A stretch of DNA of 64,000 nt from Gammaproteobacteria bacterium (GCA_041556555.1 JBFFIE010000004.1:14363-78362); one strand, 5' to 3'. Shown: positions 39,729 through 51,244, numbered from the stretch's first letter. The notes: generated by a model from the sequence alone, not told the origin. Program-made: numbers and translations.

Positions 39729-41531
39729 TTAATCGAGGCTTTCCTGTTTGATCAGGCTGACAATCACCCATCCCGGTTCCGGTTTCATCTTTCCATCCGC
39801 GACAAAGAATTGCAGTTTCTCGTTATTATCTATCGCAAACAGAGGAATGGTATTTTCACCGTATTTATTTTGGAAATCCTCAAATCCAAAGTCCTCTCCA
39901 AGCTGCGTGTTCCTGATTTCAGCACCTTTCCTTATCCAGCTGGCAAGATCACCATGTGTGATGTCTTCCCCGAAGAGCTGGTAACCTCGAAGCCGGGTTG
40001 CTATGCGGTGCTTCTCGGGGATATTTTTTTCCCGGGTAGTTTTTAACTGATATACATTTTTTGTGCCGAAGTCCGATTTGAAACGGAAGTTAGCCAGCGT
40101 ATCCAGGTTTTCCCTGCCTGACAGAGCCAGCATTTTACCCAGACCAATCATGTCCAGATGCCGTTCTGCATGATCAGAAATTGGATTGCCGTAGTAAGTC
40201 GTCAAACCATCCATTCGGGCTGCGCGAGTGTTTTCCCAGTTACTGTCTGTCAGTACAACCTTGAATCCCTGTTCCTTTATCGCCTTACCGATGACCCGGG
40301 CAACGATGCCAGCACCTATGATCAATACACCAGTGGGTGGAGGTTCCCTGACATCCAGGATTTTTGCAATGAACTTGCTGCTTATACTTTGAATTACAAC
40401 GGTACCAATTATGATCAAAAAAGCGAGAGGGACCATCAGGCCTGCTTCCGGGTAACCCCGTGTTTCCAGTCTCAAGGCGAAGATGGACGCAACAGCGGCC
40501 GCTACGATCCCTCGTGGTCCAATCCATGAAATCAACAGTTTTTCATTGAACTTTAAATCGGAACCAATTGCAGATACAAACACGGACAAGGGACGTGCTA
40601 TCAACATCAGTACAGCAAGGATGCCCAGAGAACTCCAGCCAATCTGCGTGAATTGCTGGAAATCAATACGGGCTGCAAGAATAATAAATAATCCGGATAT
40701 CAAGAGAATACTCAGACTCTCCTTGAAATCCAGAATATCTTCTATATGGGTGTCTTTCATATTAGCCATGGTCATTCCCATGACGGTTACTGCGAGCAGC
40801 CCTGATTCATGGGCAATCAAATCTGAGGCAGTAAAAACGGTGAATACCAGTATGAGTACCAGCACGTTATGCAGGTAATCCGGAGCAAGGTGTTTTCTCA
40901 GAATTAATCCCATAACATGTGCACTTATAAAACCGGCCAGACCTCCAGCAACTACAATCTTGCCAAATTCATAAATTACCGTTGGCCAGGCACTGCCACT
41001 CTGGCTGCTGATAATGAAGTTGAAAACGAGGACTGCGAGCAGTGCACCAAGCGGATCAATGACTATGCCTTCCCATTTGAGGATATTGCTGATTGCAGCA
41101 TCCGGTCGAACGGTCCGGAGCATCGGCATGATCACCGTGGGCCCGGTAACAACCATTACCGCACCAAAGAGTGCAGAGAGTTCGACAGGTAAACCAGTAA
41201 TATAATGTGTCACGATTGCGGTGATCGCCCAGGTAATCATTGCACCGATGGATATGAGATTACGAACGACTTTTCCCAGGCCCTTTATTTCATACAGGTT
41301 TAATGTCAGGCTGCCTTCAAAGAGAATGATCGCCACAGACAGGGACACAATCGGGAATAATAGATCCCCGAGCAAGGCATCAGGATTAAGATAACCGGTC
41401 AGCGGGCCGGCAATCAGGCCAATCACCAGCAGGAAAAGGATTGCAGGAAGCCGTGCCCACCATGCCAGCCATTGGCAGGCAATGCCAAGGATACCGATAG
41501 CAACCAGGGAGATGAGCACCTGCTGGCTCAA
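39729..41531 (-). CDS. Monovalent cation:proton antiporter (CPA1/NhaP-type) with C-terminal RCK/TrkA-N domain
   Basis: ~12 TM N-terminal exchanger domain plus Rossmann-like LIIGAGIVARVIGKAIKEQGFKVVLTD. Confidence 0.8.
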   Translation of the reverse strand: MSQQVLISLVAIGILGIACQWLAWWARLPAILFLLVIGLIAGPLTGYLNPDALLGDLLFPIVSLSVAIILFEGSLTLNLYEIKGLGKVVRNLISIGAMITWAITAIVTHYITGLPVELSALFGAVMVVTGPTVIMPMLRTVRPDAAISNILKWEGIVIDPLGALLAVLVFNFIISSQSGSAWPTVIYEFGKIVVAGGLAGFISAHVMGLILRKHLAPDYLHNVLVLILVFTVFTASDLIAHESGLLAVTVMGMTMANMKDTHIEDILDFKESLSILLISGLFIILAARIDFQQFTQIGWSSLGILAVLMLIARPLSVFVSAIGSDLKFNEKLLISWIGPRGIVAAAVASIFALRLETRGYPEAGLMVPLAFLIIIGTVVIQSISSKFIAKILDVREPPPTGVLIIGAGIVARVIGKAIKEQGFKVVLTDSNWENTRAARMDGLTTYYGNPISDHAERHLDMIGLGKMLALSGRENLDTLANFRFKSDFGTKNVYQLKTTREKNIPEKHRIATRLRGYQLFGEDITHGDLASWIRKGAEIRNTQLGEDFGFEDFQNKYGENTIPLFAIDNNEKLQFFVADGKMKPEPGWVIVSLIKQESLD

Positions 41532-42172
41532 GCCGGGACTTCCTTCAAGGAGGTAATGCGTGTTTTTGCTTGCGGTAGCAGGTTTTGTACGTGGCGCTGG
41601 ATTTTGTGCAGGGCCGTCTTGATCATTACCAGTGTATTTTCCCGAAGCTGGCCTTCACGGTCATTGCTGAACAGGCTGAACACCAGCAGTACTTCACCGA
41701 CACTCAGTGCGCCCTGTGTTAAATAACGATACTCGCCAGGCCTTGCCGAACTGTCTGTGAGACTGAAAATATATCCGAGACCTTCCTGTCCGGTAATGCG
41801 CTCAAGCTGCAGTTCAGTTTCATCCGAGAAAGGCAGGATATCTTCACCCACGTCCCGGACCAGTTGCTGGATGCTTTCTTCCTCCAGGATGTCTCTGGCA
41901 AAACCATCGTCCCAGAGTATTGAGACATTCAACTGGAACACTTCCCTGCCTGACTCGTCTTCGGTGAAAAAAGTAATCACTGGTGGTTTAGCAGTCAGAC
42001 CTGCGGCTACGTAGGTATAGTCCCAATCCTGCGGGACCTCGAACACTATCTCACCGTGTTCAGGTATGGGGAATAAGGTCAACTCTGTGCCGTCCTTGTA
42101 GTCGGCAACTGCAGCGGGTGAAATAACAAGGAACAACAGAATCCGGAATGATGTTAACAGGCTTATAGACAT
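41528..42172 (-). CDS. Secreted hypothetical protein
   Basis: 214 aa with signal peptide (LLFLVISPAAVA); stop overlaps antiporter start by 4 nt. Confidence 0.45.
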   Translation of the reverse strand: MSISLLTSFRILLFLVISPAAVADYKDGTELTLFPIPEHGEIVFEVPQDWDYTYVAAGLTAKPPVITFFTEDESGREVFQLNVSILWDDGFARDILEEESIQQLVRDVGEDILPFSDETELQLERITGQEGLGYIFSLTDSSARPGEYRYLTQGALSVGEVLLVFSLFSNDREGQLRENTLVMIKTALHKIQRHVQNLLPQAKTRITSLKEVPA

Positions 42173-42179
42173 CCTCGAA

Positions 42180-42587
42180 TCAGGATACAGGGCAAGGCGG
42201 ATAATTAATGTAGATAGCAGTGAACCTGCCTGCGATCTTGTTCAGGTACCGGCGCTGTATTGAGTACGCTTCGCGCTCCCTTTTCTGGTGGTCCGTGCAA
42301 TCTTTTTTATTGTATTTATTATTCAGGTCCTGCAGGTAATGCGTTATTTCATGGACATACAGGCTGCGGGTATAGGCATCCGTTTGTTCCCTGATCCGCT
42401 CATCAATGTAAATTACGCCCTCATTGTCATACCAGCCAGCCACACGGCAGTTTGTATTACCCAGGCAGGCATGTTCTACAAAGAATTCATGTGGGCGATA
42501 CTGTATCTCCGGTGGGTCTCCCGGGTGTGGGTATCCGGACAGGTGGACAGTCCAGCTCAGTAATACGGCGATCAGGTGTGCATCCAT
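42180..42587 (-). CDS. Small HExxH-motif protein (putative minimal zinc metallopeptidase)
   Basis: 135 aa; VHEITHYLQ motif with downstream Glu (EREAY); hydrophobic N-terminus. Confidence 0.4.
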   Translation of the reverse strand: MDAHLIAVLLSWTVHLSGYPHPGDPPEIQYRPHEFFVEHACLGNTNCRVAGWYDNEGVIYIDERIREQTDAYTRSLYVHEITHYLQDLNNKYNKKDCTDHQKREREAYSIQRRYLNKIAGRFTAIYINYPPCPVS

Positions 42588-42618
42588 TAATATCGCCTCA
42601 TCAGTTCATCGCCTGGTC

Positions 42619-43833
42619 TTAATCTGCCTTCTCAAAGACGAGGCTGGCATTGGTTCCGCCAAAACCGAAACTGTTCGACATTACTGCTTGCAGCCTGGCA
42701 TTATCAATTCGTTTGTCTGCAATGGTCACGTCTTTTGCGCCCTCATCAAGTTCAAAGATGTTGGCTGAAGCACTGATAAAATCATTAGCCATCATTAATA
42801 GTGAGTATATCGCTTCATTCGCGCCTGCGGCACCCAGGCCGTGTCCGGTCAGGGACTTGGTTGAGCTAATAACAGGCGTCTTGTTGTCGAAAACAGATTT
42901 AATCGCATTAATCTCGGCAATGTCCCCTGCCGGGGTGCTGGTTCCATGGGCATTGATATAGTCGATTGGCCGTTGAGCGGTTGCTACTGCCAGTTGCATG
43001 CAGCGTGCGGCACCTTCTCCGGATGGTTTAACCATATCAAAGCCGTCCGAGGTGGCACCATAGCCGGTAATTTCGGCATATATTCTGGCCCCGCGTTTCA
43101 GTGCATGCTCGCGTTCCTCCAGGACTAGGATGCCACCTCCGCCAGAAATGACAAACCCATCCCGATTGGCATCATAGGGGCGTGAAGCGACCTCCGGGCT
43201 ATCATTATATGAGGAAGACAATGCCCCCATTGCATCGAACAGGAGACTACCAGCCCAGTGCAATTCGTCACTGCCGCCGGCAAAGATCATATCCTGGGAG
43301 CCAGCTTTGATAATTTCATAGGCATTACCGATACAATGGGCACTGGTAGCACAGGCTGAACTGATGGAATAATTCACGCCCTTGATCTTGTATGCCACGG
43401 ACAGGCAGGCGCTGTCGGTACTGGCCATAATGCGGGGGACCATAGTCGGGCCGACTTTTTTCGCACCACGTTCCCGTAGAGTATCGATGGCGTCAACGAG
43501 GTCCTTGTTTGAACCGCCACCGGAGCCCACGATCAGTCCGATCCGTGGATCAGAAATTTGCGATTCATCAAGGCCGGCGTCCTCGATCGCCTCGTGCATG
43601 GCCAGATAGGCATAGGCTGCCGCATCCCCCATGAACCGTATCAGTTTGCGATCGATGTATTTCGCCGGATCAAGCTTGATCGGCGCATGGACGTGTGAGC
43701 GAAATCCGAGTGTTTTATATTCTTCTGAAAAGGATACACCCGACGTCCCATCCCTGAGTGAGTTCAGTACCTCCTTTTTATTGTTGCCGATACTGGAGAC
43801 AATCCCCATACCGGTTATGACTACTCGTCTCAT
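42619..43833 (-). CDS. fabB: 3-oxoacyl-ACP synthase I
   Basis: 404 aa KAS I; active-site Cys (SSACATS), His-His ([18 protein letters not shown]); adjacent to fabA. Confidence 0.9.
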   Translation of the reverse strand: MRRVVITGMGIVSSIGNNKKEVLNSLRDGTSGVSFSEEYKTLGFRSHVHAPIKLDPAKYIDRKLIRFMGDAAAYAYLAMHEAIEDAGLDESQISDPRIGLIVGSGGGSNKDLVDAIDTLRERGAKKVGPTMVPRIMASTDSACLSVAYKIKGVNYSISSACATSAHCIGNAYEIIKAGSQDMIFAGGSDELHWAGSLLFDAMGALSSSYNDSPEVASRPYDANRDGFVISGGGGILVLEEREHALKRGARIYAEITGYGATSDGFDMVKPSGEGAARCMQLAVATAQRPIDYINAHGTSTPAGDIAEINAIKSVFDNKTPVISSTKSLTGHGLGAAGANEAIYSLLMMANDFISASANIFELDEGAKDVTIADKRIDNARLQAVMSNSFGFGGTNASLVFEKAD

Positions 43834-43852
43834 AAAATCAAGTAAATTCCTG

Positions 43853-44371
43853 TTAGAAGCCCTCGGTCGATTTGAACAAACCGACTCGTAAATCTTTTGC
43901 AGTATAGATTATTTTACTATCGGCACTCATGGAAGCATTGGCCACACCCATGACCAGTTTTCTGAGTATCACTCTCTTCATGTCGATCTGGTAAACTATT
44001 TTTTTGTGCTTTGGTGTGACTTGCCCGGTAAATTTCACTTCGCCTGAACCGAGCGCCCGGCCCCGGCCCGGAGCACCAAGCCAACCCAGATAAAATCCGA
44101 TCAATTGCCACATGGCGTCCAGACCGAGACAACCCGGCATGACAGGGTCATTGACAAAGTGACACTGGAAGAACCAATGGTCCGGTTTGATATCGAGTTC
44201 GGCAATGACTTGACCTTTATCAAATTCTCCCCCATCTTCAGATATTCTGGTAATGCGATCAAACATCAGCATGGGTGGCACGGGTAGCTGGGCATTCCCT
44301 TCACCGAATAACTCACCCTGGCCACAGCTGAGAAGTTCTTCCCGGGTAAAACTGTGTTTTCTTTCCATCAA
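43853..44371 (-). CDS. fabA: 3-hydroxydecanoyl-ACP dehydratase/isomerase
   Basis: 172 aa, near-colinear with E. coli FabA ([25 protein letters not shown], active-site His/Asp). Confidence 0.9.
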   Translation of the reverse strand: MMERKHSFTREELLSCGQGELFGEGNAQLPVPPMLMFDRITRISEDGGEFDKGQVIAELDIKPDHWFFQCHFVNDPVMPGCLGLDAMWQLIGFYLGWLGAPGRGRALGSGEVKFTGQVTPKHKKIVYQIDMKRVILRKLVMGVANASMSADSKIIYTAKDLRVGLFKSTEGF

Positions 44372-44640
44372 GTCATATATCTCATATCAGTGTTACACCG
44401 GTCTGCAGTAAATGAAAGGCCTCATAATTCACTGGCATTGAGCGCAGCACAGGCAGACAATTGATTTATAAATCAGTGAATTTGTTATTGGTGAGACCGG
44501 ATGTTGGTTTTTTGGTTTTCTTTTGCCACCCGGGCAAACCCGGGCGCAACTCCCAGGAATGATCTTACCCGTAACTGTTCCTTGACAGCAATACAGTTAC
44601 CGTTAGACTGCCTTGCATCGCACCATTATCCTAAATCAGC

Positions 44641-45879
44641 ATGCTAACTGAAAATTCTTTCCAGAGGAGACACAGTGTCCCGGTGAGGGTCGGCTCTGTC
44701 ACTATCGGCGGGGAAGCACCGATTGTAGTCCAGTCCATGACCAATACCGATACCGCTGATGTCGAGGCCACGGTCTGCCAGATTCAACAACTGGCAGCCG
44801 CCGGTTCGGAGATCGTCCGTGTCACGGTAAACAATGAGGCAGCCGCCAGCCAGGTCGGTGAGATCCACCAGCGACTGGAAGATCTCGGCTGTCGGGTGCC
44901 GATTGTCGGGGATTTCCATTACAACGGCCATCAACTGTTGACCAAGTATCCGGACTGCGCAAGGGCACTGGCCAAATACCGGATCAATCCCGGTAATGTC
45001 GGGTTTGGCCGGAAAAAGGACAAGCAGTTCCAGACCATGATTGAACAGGCCATTGAGTACGATAAGCCGGTGCGCATTGGTGTGAATTGGGGCAGTCTGG
45101 ACCAGGAGCTCCTGACCCGGATGATGGACGAGAATGCCAAATCCAGTGATCCCAGGGATGCAGAGGAGGTTATGCGTGAAGCCTTGATCATTTCTGCGCT
45201 GAGTAACGCGGAACGGGCGGAAGAAATCGGATTGCCTCATGACCATATTGTCCTGTCTTGCAAGGTCAGCGGGGTACAAAAACTCATTGCTGTATATCGT
45301 GATCTGGCCCGGCGTTGCGACTACCCATTACACCTGGGCCTGACCGAAGCCGGGATGGGTTCCAAGGGCATCGTCGCATCAACTGCGGCGATGGGGATAC
45401 TGTTACAGGAAGGTATCGGCGATACTATCCGGGTCTCGTTAACACCGGAACCCGGGGGTGACCGGAGCAAGGAAGTGATCGTAGCCCAGGAAATGTTGCA
45501 AACCATGGGACTGCGATCATTTACTCCCCTGGTGACTGCCTGTCCGGGCTGTGGACGGACCACCAGCACAGTGTTTCAGGAACTCGCCAATAATATTCAG
45601 GCTTATATCCGCAGCCAGATGCCCATCTGGCGGGGAAAATATACTGGTGTGGAAAACATGACCCTGGCCGTCATGGGTTGCGTGGTGAATGGTCCGGGAG
45701 AGAGCAAGCACGCAGACATTGGTATCAGCCTGCCGGGTACCGGCGAGGCACCTTCCGCCCCTGTGTTTATCGATGGTAAGAAGGTCATGACCCTGCGTGG
45801 CGAAAATATCGCCGAGGAATTCCGGGCCATTGTCGAAGATTATGTAAAAAACCGTTACGCGGAACGCAAATCGGCCTGA
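44641..45879 (+). CDS. ispG: 4-hydroxy-3-methylbut-2-en-1-yl diphosphate synthase (flavodoxin)
   Basis: IspG/GcpE motifs (VQSMTNTDT, three Cys for 4Fe-4S: CPGCGRT...C). Confidence 0.9.
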   Translation: MLTENSFQRRHSVPVRVGSVTIGGEAPIVVQSMTNTDTADVEATVCQIQQLAAAGSEIVRVTVNNEAAASQVGEIHQRLEDLGCRVPIVGDFHYNGHQLLTKYPDCARALAKYRINPGNVGFGRKKDKQFQTMIEQAIEYDKPVRIGVNWGSLDQELLTRMMDENAKSSDPRDAEEVMREALIISALSNAERAEEIGLPHDHIVLSCKVSGVQKLIAVYRDLARRCDYPLHLGLTEAGMGSKGIVASTAAMGILLQEGIGDTIRVSLTPEPGGDRSKEVIVAQEMLQTMGLRSFTPLVTACPGCGRTTSTVFQELANNIQAYIRSQMPIWRGKYTGVENMTLAVMGCVVNGPGESKHADIGISLPGTGEAPSAPVFIDGKKVMTLRGENIAEEFRAIVEDYVKNRYAERKSA

Positions 45880-45900
45880 TAGCAGGCTACCCTCTATTAC

Positions 45901-46059
45901 TTACTGGGTCACCAGCCAGAGTGCATGGATGATGCCTGGTACATAGAACAACAGGCACAGCATTATATTGATGACCAGATCTTTATTAGCCCCTTTTTTC
46001 AGAAACACGGCCAGCGGTGGCAGGATGATTGCCAGAATGATAAGAACCAGTTTATTCAT
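45901..46059 (-). CDS. Pmp3/YqaE (UPF0057) family small membrane protein
   Basis: Not in ORF track (52 aa): MNKLVLIILAIILPPLAVFLKKGANKDLVINIMLCLLFYVPGIIHALWLVTQ, classic Pmp3 two-TM pattern. Confidence 0.7.
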   Translation of the reverse strand: MNKLVLIILAIILPPLAVFLKKGANKDLVINIMLCLLFYVPGIIHALWLVTQ

Positions 46060-46121
46060 TATTTATTGCTCCGGGCGTGACTTGTGCGCAAACCATCATG
46101 ACACAGTAGCGGGATAAGATA

Positions 46122-46859
46122 ATGAGAACAACAATTATCCTGCTTTCAATATTACTCGCAGCGTTACCGGTATCGCCTGCCGTGTACGCGGCCTGGGGTG
46201 ACTTTTTCAAATCGCTCATTGAGGAAACCACGTCTGACCAAGATATCGGTAACTTGAGTAACAGCGAGATCATTGCTGGCCTGAAGGAAGCCCTGGATCA
46301 GGGCAGCCGCGCAGCAATACAAAAACTAGGGCGGGTGGATGGTTTTTACCGTAATCCTTCGGTGCGGATTCCGATGCCGGAATCCTTGGAAACTGTTGAG
46401 AGCACCCTGCGTACCCTGAAACAGGACGAGATCGCCGATGAATTTGTGTTGACACTGAACCGCGCTGCCGAAAAGGCCATACCTGAAACCGTGGATGTCT
46501 TCGGTGCCGCGATTCGCAAAATGAGCTTTGCCGATGCCCGGTCGGTACTCCGGGGGCCGGATGATGCGGCCACGCAGTATTTCAGGCGCACCAGCTCTCC
46601 TGACTTGGAACAAAGGATCCTGCCAATTGTGCGCAGGGCGACGGACTCGGTCGGGGTCACCTCAACATACAAGGCGATGGTCGATCAACTGGGCGTTATG
46701 TCTTCCCTGGTGGATACCAGTTCCCTGGATATTGACCGCTACGTCACCGATAAGGCCATTGAGGGTCTTTTCACCATGTTGGCCCGGGAAGAAAAACTGA
46801 TCCGGGAAGACCCTGCCGCACGGACAACCACACTTTTGAAAAGGGTTTTCAGCCAATAG
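46122..46859 (+). CDS. DUF4197 domain protein (periplasmic)
   Basis: Signal peptide, LKEALDQGSRAAIQKLG and VRIPMP motifs typical of DUF4197. Confidence 0.65.
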   Translation: MRTTIILLSILLAALPVSPAVYAAWGDFFKSLIEETTSDQDIGNLSNSEIIAGLKEALDQGSRAAIQKLGRVDGFYRNPSVRIPMPESLETVESTLRTLKQDEIADEFVLTLNRAAEKAIPETVDVFGAAIRKMSFADARSVLRGPDDAATQYFRRTSSPDLEQRILPIVRRATDSVGVTSTYKAMVDQLGVMSSLVDTSSLDIDRYVTDKAIEGLFTMLAREEKLIREDPAARTTTLLKRVFSQ

Positions 46860-46961
46860 GTTTTTCAGCCACTGGCCGGGGTTTCGGGCCCGGAATAAAG
46901 AATTGTCACCTTTGTTGCACTTTGCGACAATGCAACAAACAATAATTATTCAGGCTCCGGC

Positions 46962-48992
46962 ATGGTCAGCAATCCCCACCAGGCGAGTGTGCTTCACTCC
47001 CTGGACACCCTGGACATCAAGAAAAACCACCTCAATCCCGCCAGGGAGGCCTGGGAGCATTTCGTGAAAACCGGCGAGTTCCTGCAACGTTCGCCCCGGG
47101 CGGTGATCTGTCAGAGCTGGATGAAGAGCTGGGAGCAGGGGATCAATCCGCATCAGGAGCGGGCAACGACTGTCCTGACCCTGGAAGAAATTGAGTCTAA
47201 GTTGCGCGGGGAGCAGCTGGGACAGGCCAGTGTACCCTTGATGCAGAACCTGGTCCGAACCTTTGCTGGCTCAAAACATGTCATGGTACTTGCCAATTCT
47301 GAGGGCCATATACTCCATTCTGTCGGCCACCGCGAAATCCAGTACCACCTGGACAAGATCAATTTCATGCCGGGTGGTCACTGGGCGGCAGATGAGGTTG
47401 GCCCCAATGGGGTGGGCACACCGCTGCAACTGGGCAAGCCGGAGGCCATTCTGGGGCCGGAACATTTTTGCCAGGCGTGGCAACCCTGGGTTTGCTATGG
47501 TGCGCCGATCTTCGATGCGAATGGCGAGAAATTGCTAGGCGTAATCGATATCACCGGTCCAATTGAGAAGGCCAGTCATGAAACCATGTTATTGACGATC
47601 TCCGTGGCCCAGTCCATCCAGCAGAGTATCGTAGTCCTCAATTATCATCGTCGGGAAAAGCTTCGCGCCCTGGCCCGGGATGTGAGTAAGCGTTGGCAGT
47701 CCGATGCCCTTATGCTGATCGATGAAGATGGTTATATCCTTGATTACAACGCCAGTATTAACCGTTACTTCGATGACCGGGCCCAGGGTTTGATCGGCAT
47801 GCCCCTGACGACTCTGCTACCGGGCATCTGGGAACTGGTACATACCCGGATATTCAAAAAGTCTTACGGGCAGATAGATATAGATATCAGAAATGATATC
47901 GGCATAAATCGCCCTGTGCAGATTCACATAGAACCGATCGTCAGTGACGGCGAGCCCCTGGGTGCGATCCTGATTATCACCGGTAATACCGCGGCGAAAA
48001 AGAACCAACCTGAACAAAAGCCTGAACCCCGTACGAAATACACGTTTGATAATATTCTCGGCAGCTCCGATACCCTGCGAAAAACGATTACCCTGGCGCG
48101 GGCCGCAGCTCTGGATCCATTGGAAAACAATGTACTGCTGGTCGGTGAGACCGGCACCGGCAAGGAGTTAATTGCCCACTCTATTCATGCGGAAAGCAGC
48201 CGCAGTAGCGGACCATTTGTCACCGTAAATTGCGGGGCCATTCCACATGAACTGATTGAAAGTGAATTATTTGGCTATGTCGCCGGTGCCTTTACCGGTG
48301 CCCGCAGGGAAGGGAAACCCGGGAAATTTGAGTCCGCCCAGGGCGGCACCCTGTTTCTGGATGAAATCGACTCCCTCGATATTGGTATGCAGGCCAAATT
48401 CCTTCGGGTACTGGACCAGAATGAGATTAACCGTCTGGGCAGCAATCAAGTCACACCCATCAATGTCCGTATCATCTCCGCCGCAGGCAGGGATGTTTAC
48501 CCCGGGATCGAAGAAGGAAAGTTTCGTCTGGATCTTTACCATCGACTTGGCGTCATCGAAATACCCATCCCGCCCCTGCGCCAGCGTGATGGAGATGTCA
48601 TAGAACTGGCCAATATCTTTCTGGAAAAAGAATGCAGGTTTGCTAACCGCCCCCCCCTGAAACTATCGAAAGAAACCCGGGCCATCATGCTGTCCTATAA
48701 CTGGCCGGGGAATGTGCGTGAACTCTATAACCTGTGTCTCAGGTGGGTACTGACCGTCAACCAGAACTGCATTGGCCCGGATTGCTTGCAGGACAAGATC
48801 CGGTTTTACCAGAACAAGGAATTGTTGACCCTGGGTCTGGTTGGGAAAAAGGACCTGCAGGCCATCAATGATGAATTGATCACCCGGACACTGGAATCAA
48901 CCGGTGGCAACGTTTCAAAGGCCGCAGAGATCCTGGGAATCAACCGGGCCACTATCTACCGGCGCATGAAAAACAGGCGTCAGCATGATTAA
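46962..48992 (+). CDS. Sigma-54-dependent transcriptional activator, AcoR-like (GAF-PAS-AAA+-HTH)
   Basis: Central sigma54 activation domain (VLLVGETGTGKE, GAFTGA, ESELFGY), C-terminal Fis-type HTH (GNVSKAAEILGINRATIYRRMK), N-terminal GAF/PAS sensory modules as in AcoR. Confidence 0.85.
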   Translation: MVSNPHQASVLHSLDTLDIKKNHLNPAREAWEHFVKTGEFLQRSPRAVICQSWMKSWEQGINPHQERATTVLTLEEIESKLRGEQLGQASVPLMQNLVRTFAGSKHVMVLANSEGHILHSVGHREIQYHLDKINFMPGGHWAADEVGPNGVGTPLQLGKPEAILGPEHFCQAWQPWVCYGAPIFDANGEKLLGVIDITGPIEKASHETMLLTISVAQSIQQSIVVLNYHRREKLRALARDVSKRWQSDALMLIDEDGYILDYNASINRYFDDRAQGLIGMPLTTLLPGIWELVHTRIFKKSYGQIDIDIRNDIGINRPVQIHIEPIVSDGEPLGAILIITGNTAAKKNQPEQKPEPRTKYTFDNILGSSDTLRKTITLARAAALDPLENNVLLVGETGTGKELIAHSIHAESSRSSGPFVTVNCGAIPHELIESELFGYVAGAFTGARREGKPGKFESAQGGTLFLDEIDSLDIGMQAKFLRVLDQNEINRLGSNQVTPINVRIISAAGRDVYPGIEEGKFRLDLYHRLGVIEIPIPPLRQRDGDVIELANIFLEKECRFANRPPLKLSKETRAIMLSYNWPGNVRELYNLCLRWVLTVNQNCIGPDCLQDKIRFYQNKELLTLGLVGKKDLQAINDELITRTLESTGGNVSKAAEILGINRATIYRRMKNRRQHD

Positions 48993-49285
48993 TACTGCGA
49001 CAGTTTTGTTGCATACCGCAACATTGATGAGCACGCTGATTTTTTTGTTAGATGATGGGTAATCAATGCAATGCCACCCGGGCCTGTCAGGTAAGCCGTA
49101 GTTCAATTTAAATGCATTCAGGTTCGTAATATAATGTGAGCGGCTCTGAGTGTGGCAAAGATAATTTTAATAAATAAAGCCCGGCTTTCCTTTCAAGCCG
49201 AATAACAATATTTTCAATCAATTAATAACACGGTGACGGACTGTTTGAGTCCTTTCCTGTATGAGATGACATTAGGAGGCTACAG

Positions 49286-51229
49286 ATGACCGATATAAAA
49301 ACCTATCCCGTGCCCGCTGCAATTGCCAAAAAGGCGCATATCAACAGTGAGCAGTACAAGGAAATGTATGATCGCTCGCTGAATGATGCCGATAACTTCT
49401 GGGCAGAGCAGGCTGAAGAATTTCTGAGTTGGTCGAAGAAATGGGACAAGGTTCAGGACTGGAGTTTTGACGAAAAGGATCTTCATATTGAATGGTTCCG
49501 TGGTGGAAAACTGAATGTCTCTTACAATTGCCTGGATCGGCATCTTGAAAAACGTGGCGATCAGGTTGCTATCATCTGGGAGGGTGATGATCCCAAGGAA
49601 GACAAGCAGATCACCTATCGTGAATTACACGAGCAGGTGTGTCGTTTTGCCAATGGCCTGAAGTCCCTGGGTGTCAAGAAAGGGGGCCGGGTCTGTCTCT
49701 ATTTGCCCATGATTCCCGAGGCTGCCGTTGCCATGCTGGCATGTACCCGGATAGGTGCTATACATTCCATTGTCTTTGGCGGTTTCTCACCGGATGCCTT
49801 GCGCGATCGGGTGAACAATGCCGATTGTCAGGTAGTTATAACCAGTGATTTCAGTTTACGCGGTAAAAAACAGATTCCCTTGAAGGCAAACGCCGACAAG
49901 GCTCTTGCCAGTTGTCCCAACGTGAAATCCTGCGTGGTGATTAAACGCACCGGCGGCGATCTGGACTGGCAGGAAGGCCGAGACGTCTGGTTCCACGAAC
50001 TGGTTGAGAAGGCCTCGGTAGATTGTCCACCTGAGGACATGGACGCCGAGGATCCCCTGTTTATCCTCTACACCTCCGGTTCTACCGGCAAGCCCAAGGG
50101 GGTGCTGCACACCACCGGCGGTTACCTCCTATATACGGCCATGACTCACAAATACGTGTTTGATTACCAGGAAGGTGAAATTTACTGGTGTACGGCTGAC
50201 ATCGGCTGGGTGACGGGGCACTCTTACATTATTTACGGTCCGCTGTGTAATGGTGCAATCTCACTCATGTTCGAGGGCGTTCCCAATTTCCCGGACGCCA
50301 GCCGCTTCTGGCAGGTGGTGGACAAGTGGAAAGTAAACTCATTTTATACTGCGCCTACTGCCATTCGTATGTTGATGGGTCAGGGAGATGAGTTTGTCGA
50401 GAAGACCGACCGTTCCAGCTTGCGCATCCTTGGCACAGTGGGTGAACCCATCAATCCCGAGGCCTGGGAGTGGTACCATAATGTCGTAGGTAATGGCCGA
50501 TGCCCCATTGTTGATACGTGGTGGCAGACGGAGACCGGCGGTCATTTGATCACCCCGTTACCCGGTGCGACTCCACTGAAACCTGGTTCGGCCACGTTGC
50601 CATTCTTCGGTGTTGAACCCTGTCTGGTTGATGACAAGGGCAAGGAGCTGGAGGGTGCCACCGAGGGCGCACTCTGTATCAAACGCCCCTGGCCAGGAAT
50701 GATGCGCACCGTTTATGGTGATCATGAGCGCTTTATTGAAACCTATTTCAAGATATATCCCGGCAAATATTTCAGTGGTGACGGTGCCCGTCGGGATGAA
50801 GACGGCTATTACTGGATAACCGGGCGTGTCGATGATGTGATTAATGTATCCGGTCATCGAATGGGTACGGCTGAGGTGGAGAGCGCATTGGTATTGCATG
50901 ATGCTGTGGCCGAAGCAGCGGTTGTGGGCTACCCACACGATGTAAAGGGTCAGGGTATCTATGCCTACGTTACCCTGATGGCTGGTATTGATTCCAGCGA
51001 TAGCCTGCGCAAGGAACTGGTGCAACATGTACGTAAAGAAATCGGGCCCATAGCCAGTCCCGATATCATTCAGTGGGCTCCCGGCTTGCCCAAGACCCGC
51101 TCTGGCAAGATTATGCGCCGTATCCTGCGCAAGGTAGCTGCCAATGAACTGGATAATCTGGGTGACACCAGCACGCTGGCCGACCCCTCGGTGGTAGATG
51201 AATTAATCGAAAACAGAGCGAATAAATAA
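49286..51229 (+). CDS. acs: Acetyl-coenzyme A synthetase
   Basis: 647 aa, AMP-binding signature ([11 protein letters not shown]), Acs-specific N-terminus; RBS AGGAGG upstream. Confidence 0.95.
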   Translation: MTDIKTYPVPAAIAKKAHINSEQYKEMYDRSLNDADNFWAEQAEEFLSWSKKWDKVQDWSFDEKDLHIEWFRGGKLNVSYNCLDRHLEKRGDQVAIIWEGDDPKEDKQITYRELHEQVCRFANGLKSLGVKKGGRVCLYLPMIPEAAVAMLACTRIGAIHSIVFGGFSPDALRDRVNNADCQVVITSDFSLRGKKQIPLKANADKALASCPNVKSCVVIKRTGGDLDWQEGRDVWFHELVEKASVDCPPEDMDAEDPLFILYTSGSTGKPKGVLHTTGGYLLYTAMTHKYVFDYQEGEIYWCTADIGWVTGHSYIIYGPLCNGAISLMFEGVPNFPDASRFWQVVDKWKVNSFYTAPTAIRMLMGQGDEFVEKTDRSSLRILGTVGEPINPEAWEWYHNVVGNGRCPIVDTWWQTETGGHLITPLPGATPLKPGSATLPFFGVEPCLVDDKGKELEGATEGALCIKRPWPGMMRTVYGDHERFIETYFKIYPGKYFSGDGARRDEDGYYWITGRVDDVINVSGHRMGTAEVESALVLHDAVAEAAVVGYPHDVKGQGIYAYVTLMAGIDSSDSLRKELVQHVRKEIGPIASPDIIQWAPGLPKTRSGKIMRRILRKVAANELDNLGDTSTLADPSVVDELIENRANK

Positions 51230-51244
51230 ACATAGGACATAACT

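Noticed and set aside
49028-49285. Sigma-54 -24/-12 promoter for acs
   Set aside because: Several TGGCA/TTGCA-like fragments (for example 49170-49190, 49080-49095), but none with correct GG-N10-GC spacing; left unannotated.
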